A stretch of 64,000 nucleotides of DNA. Source: Macrostomum lignano. Its lineage: Eukaryota. Below the pieces are notes generated by a model that saw only the letters and a list, made by a program, of their open reading frames with translations, searched no databases and was not told the origin of the DNA. Shown here piece by piece: positions 63,826 to 64,000 of this stretch. Each line of letters starts with the position of its first letter. The first letter of the stretch is position 1. The DNA lies in NCBI GenBank assembly GCA_002269645.1, contig NIVC01001249.1:1-64000 (forward strand). Direction: 5' to 3'. A program made the translations under genes and the position numbers.

Positions 63826-64000
63826 ATCGAACAACGTGTTCGCCAGTGACGCCTCTAAAGTGTGCTCCGACAAGAGCAGCGCCAGGTCGAACGGCATGTA
63901 GCCACAGGTGGCCAGGCAGTAGTTGACGTGGGCCAGCTGCATCAGGATGAGGCCGACGTCGAACACCTCCCGGTTGCGCAGGTACTTGCGGACCAGCAGC
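63826..64000 (-). CDS. Rhodopsin-like 7TM receptor copy B, exon 1 (partial, runs off the window)
   Basis: About 95% identical to 47897-48070, with intact donor GAT|gtgagc (63826/63825); splices in phase 0 to 57819 across a 6.0-kb intron. Confidence 0.82.

Overview
Eukaryotic (animal) genomic DNA with GC-rich exons and introns filled with unrelated minisatellites. This style suggests a free-living flatworm such as Macrostomum (inference only). Most long ORFs in the track are tandem-repeat artefacts. Supported content: (1) A plus-strand multi-exon klarsicht/nesprin-like gene with spectrin-like repeats and a C-terminal TM plus KASH-like tail. Nine exons from 12801 to 27178 splice in frame into 1064 aa, and a further spectrin-like exon at 488-751 probably belongs to it. 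(2) A 3-exon kinesin light chain gene (11300-7705, minus), either nested antisense in that gene's intron or head-to-head with it. (3) A 2-coding-exon PDZ gene (37296-38862) with a CCAAT/TATA promoter. (4) tRNA-Gln(CTG) at 40774-40845. (5) A minus-strand tandem cluster of three divergent rhodopsin-like 7TM receptors: a pseudogene (48211-46378), one with a ~295-aa alanine-rich third intracellular loop (55327-52735), and an apparently intact one (>64000-56929). (6) Mobile DNA: a degenerate BEL/Pao LTR retrotransposon, a tRNA-derived SINE, a foldback element, and a Tc1/IS630-type transposase split by a 2208-bp solo-LTR-like insertion with a TGAG target duplication. Top candidates for novelty are the KLC gene embedded in or beside a KASH cargo-adaptor gene, and the receptor with the giant Ala-rich loop.
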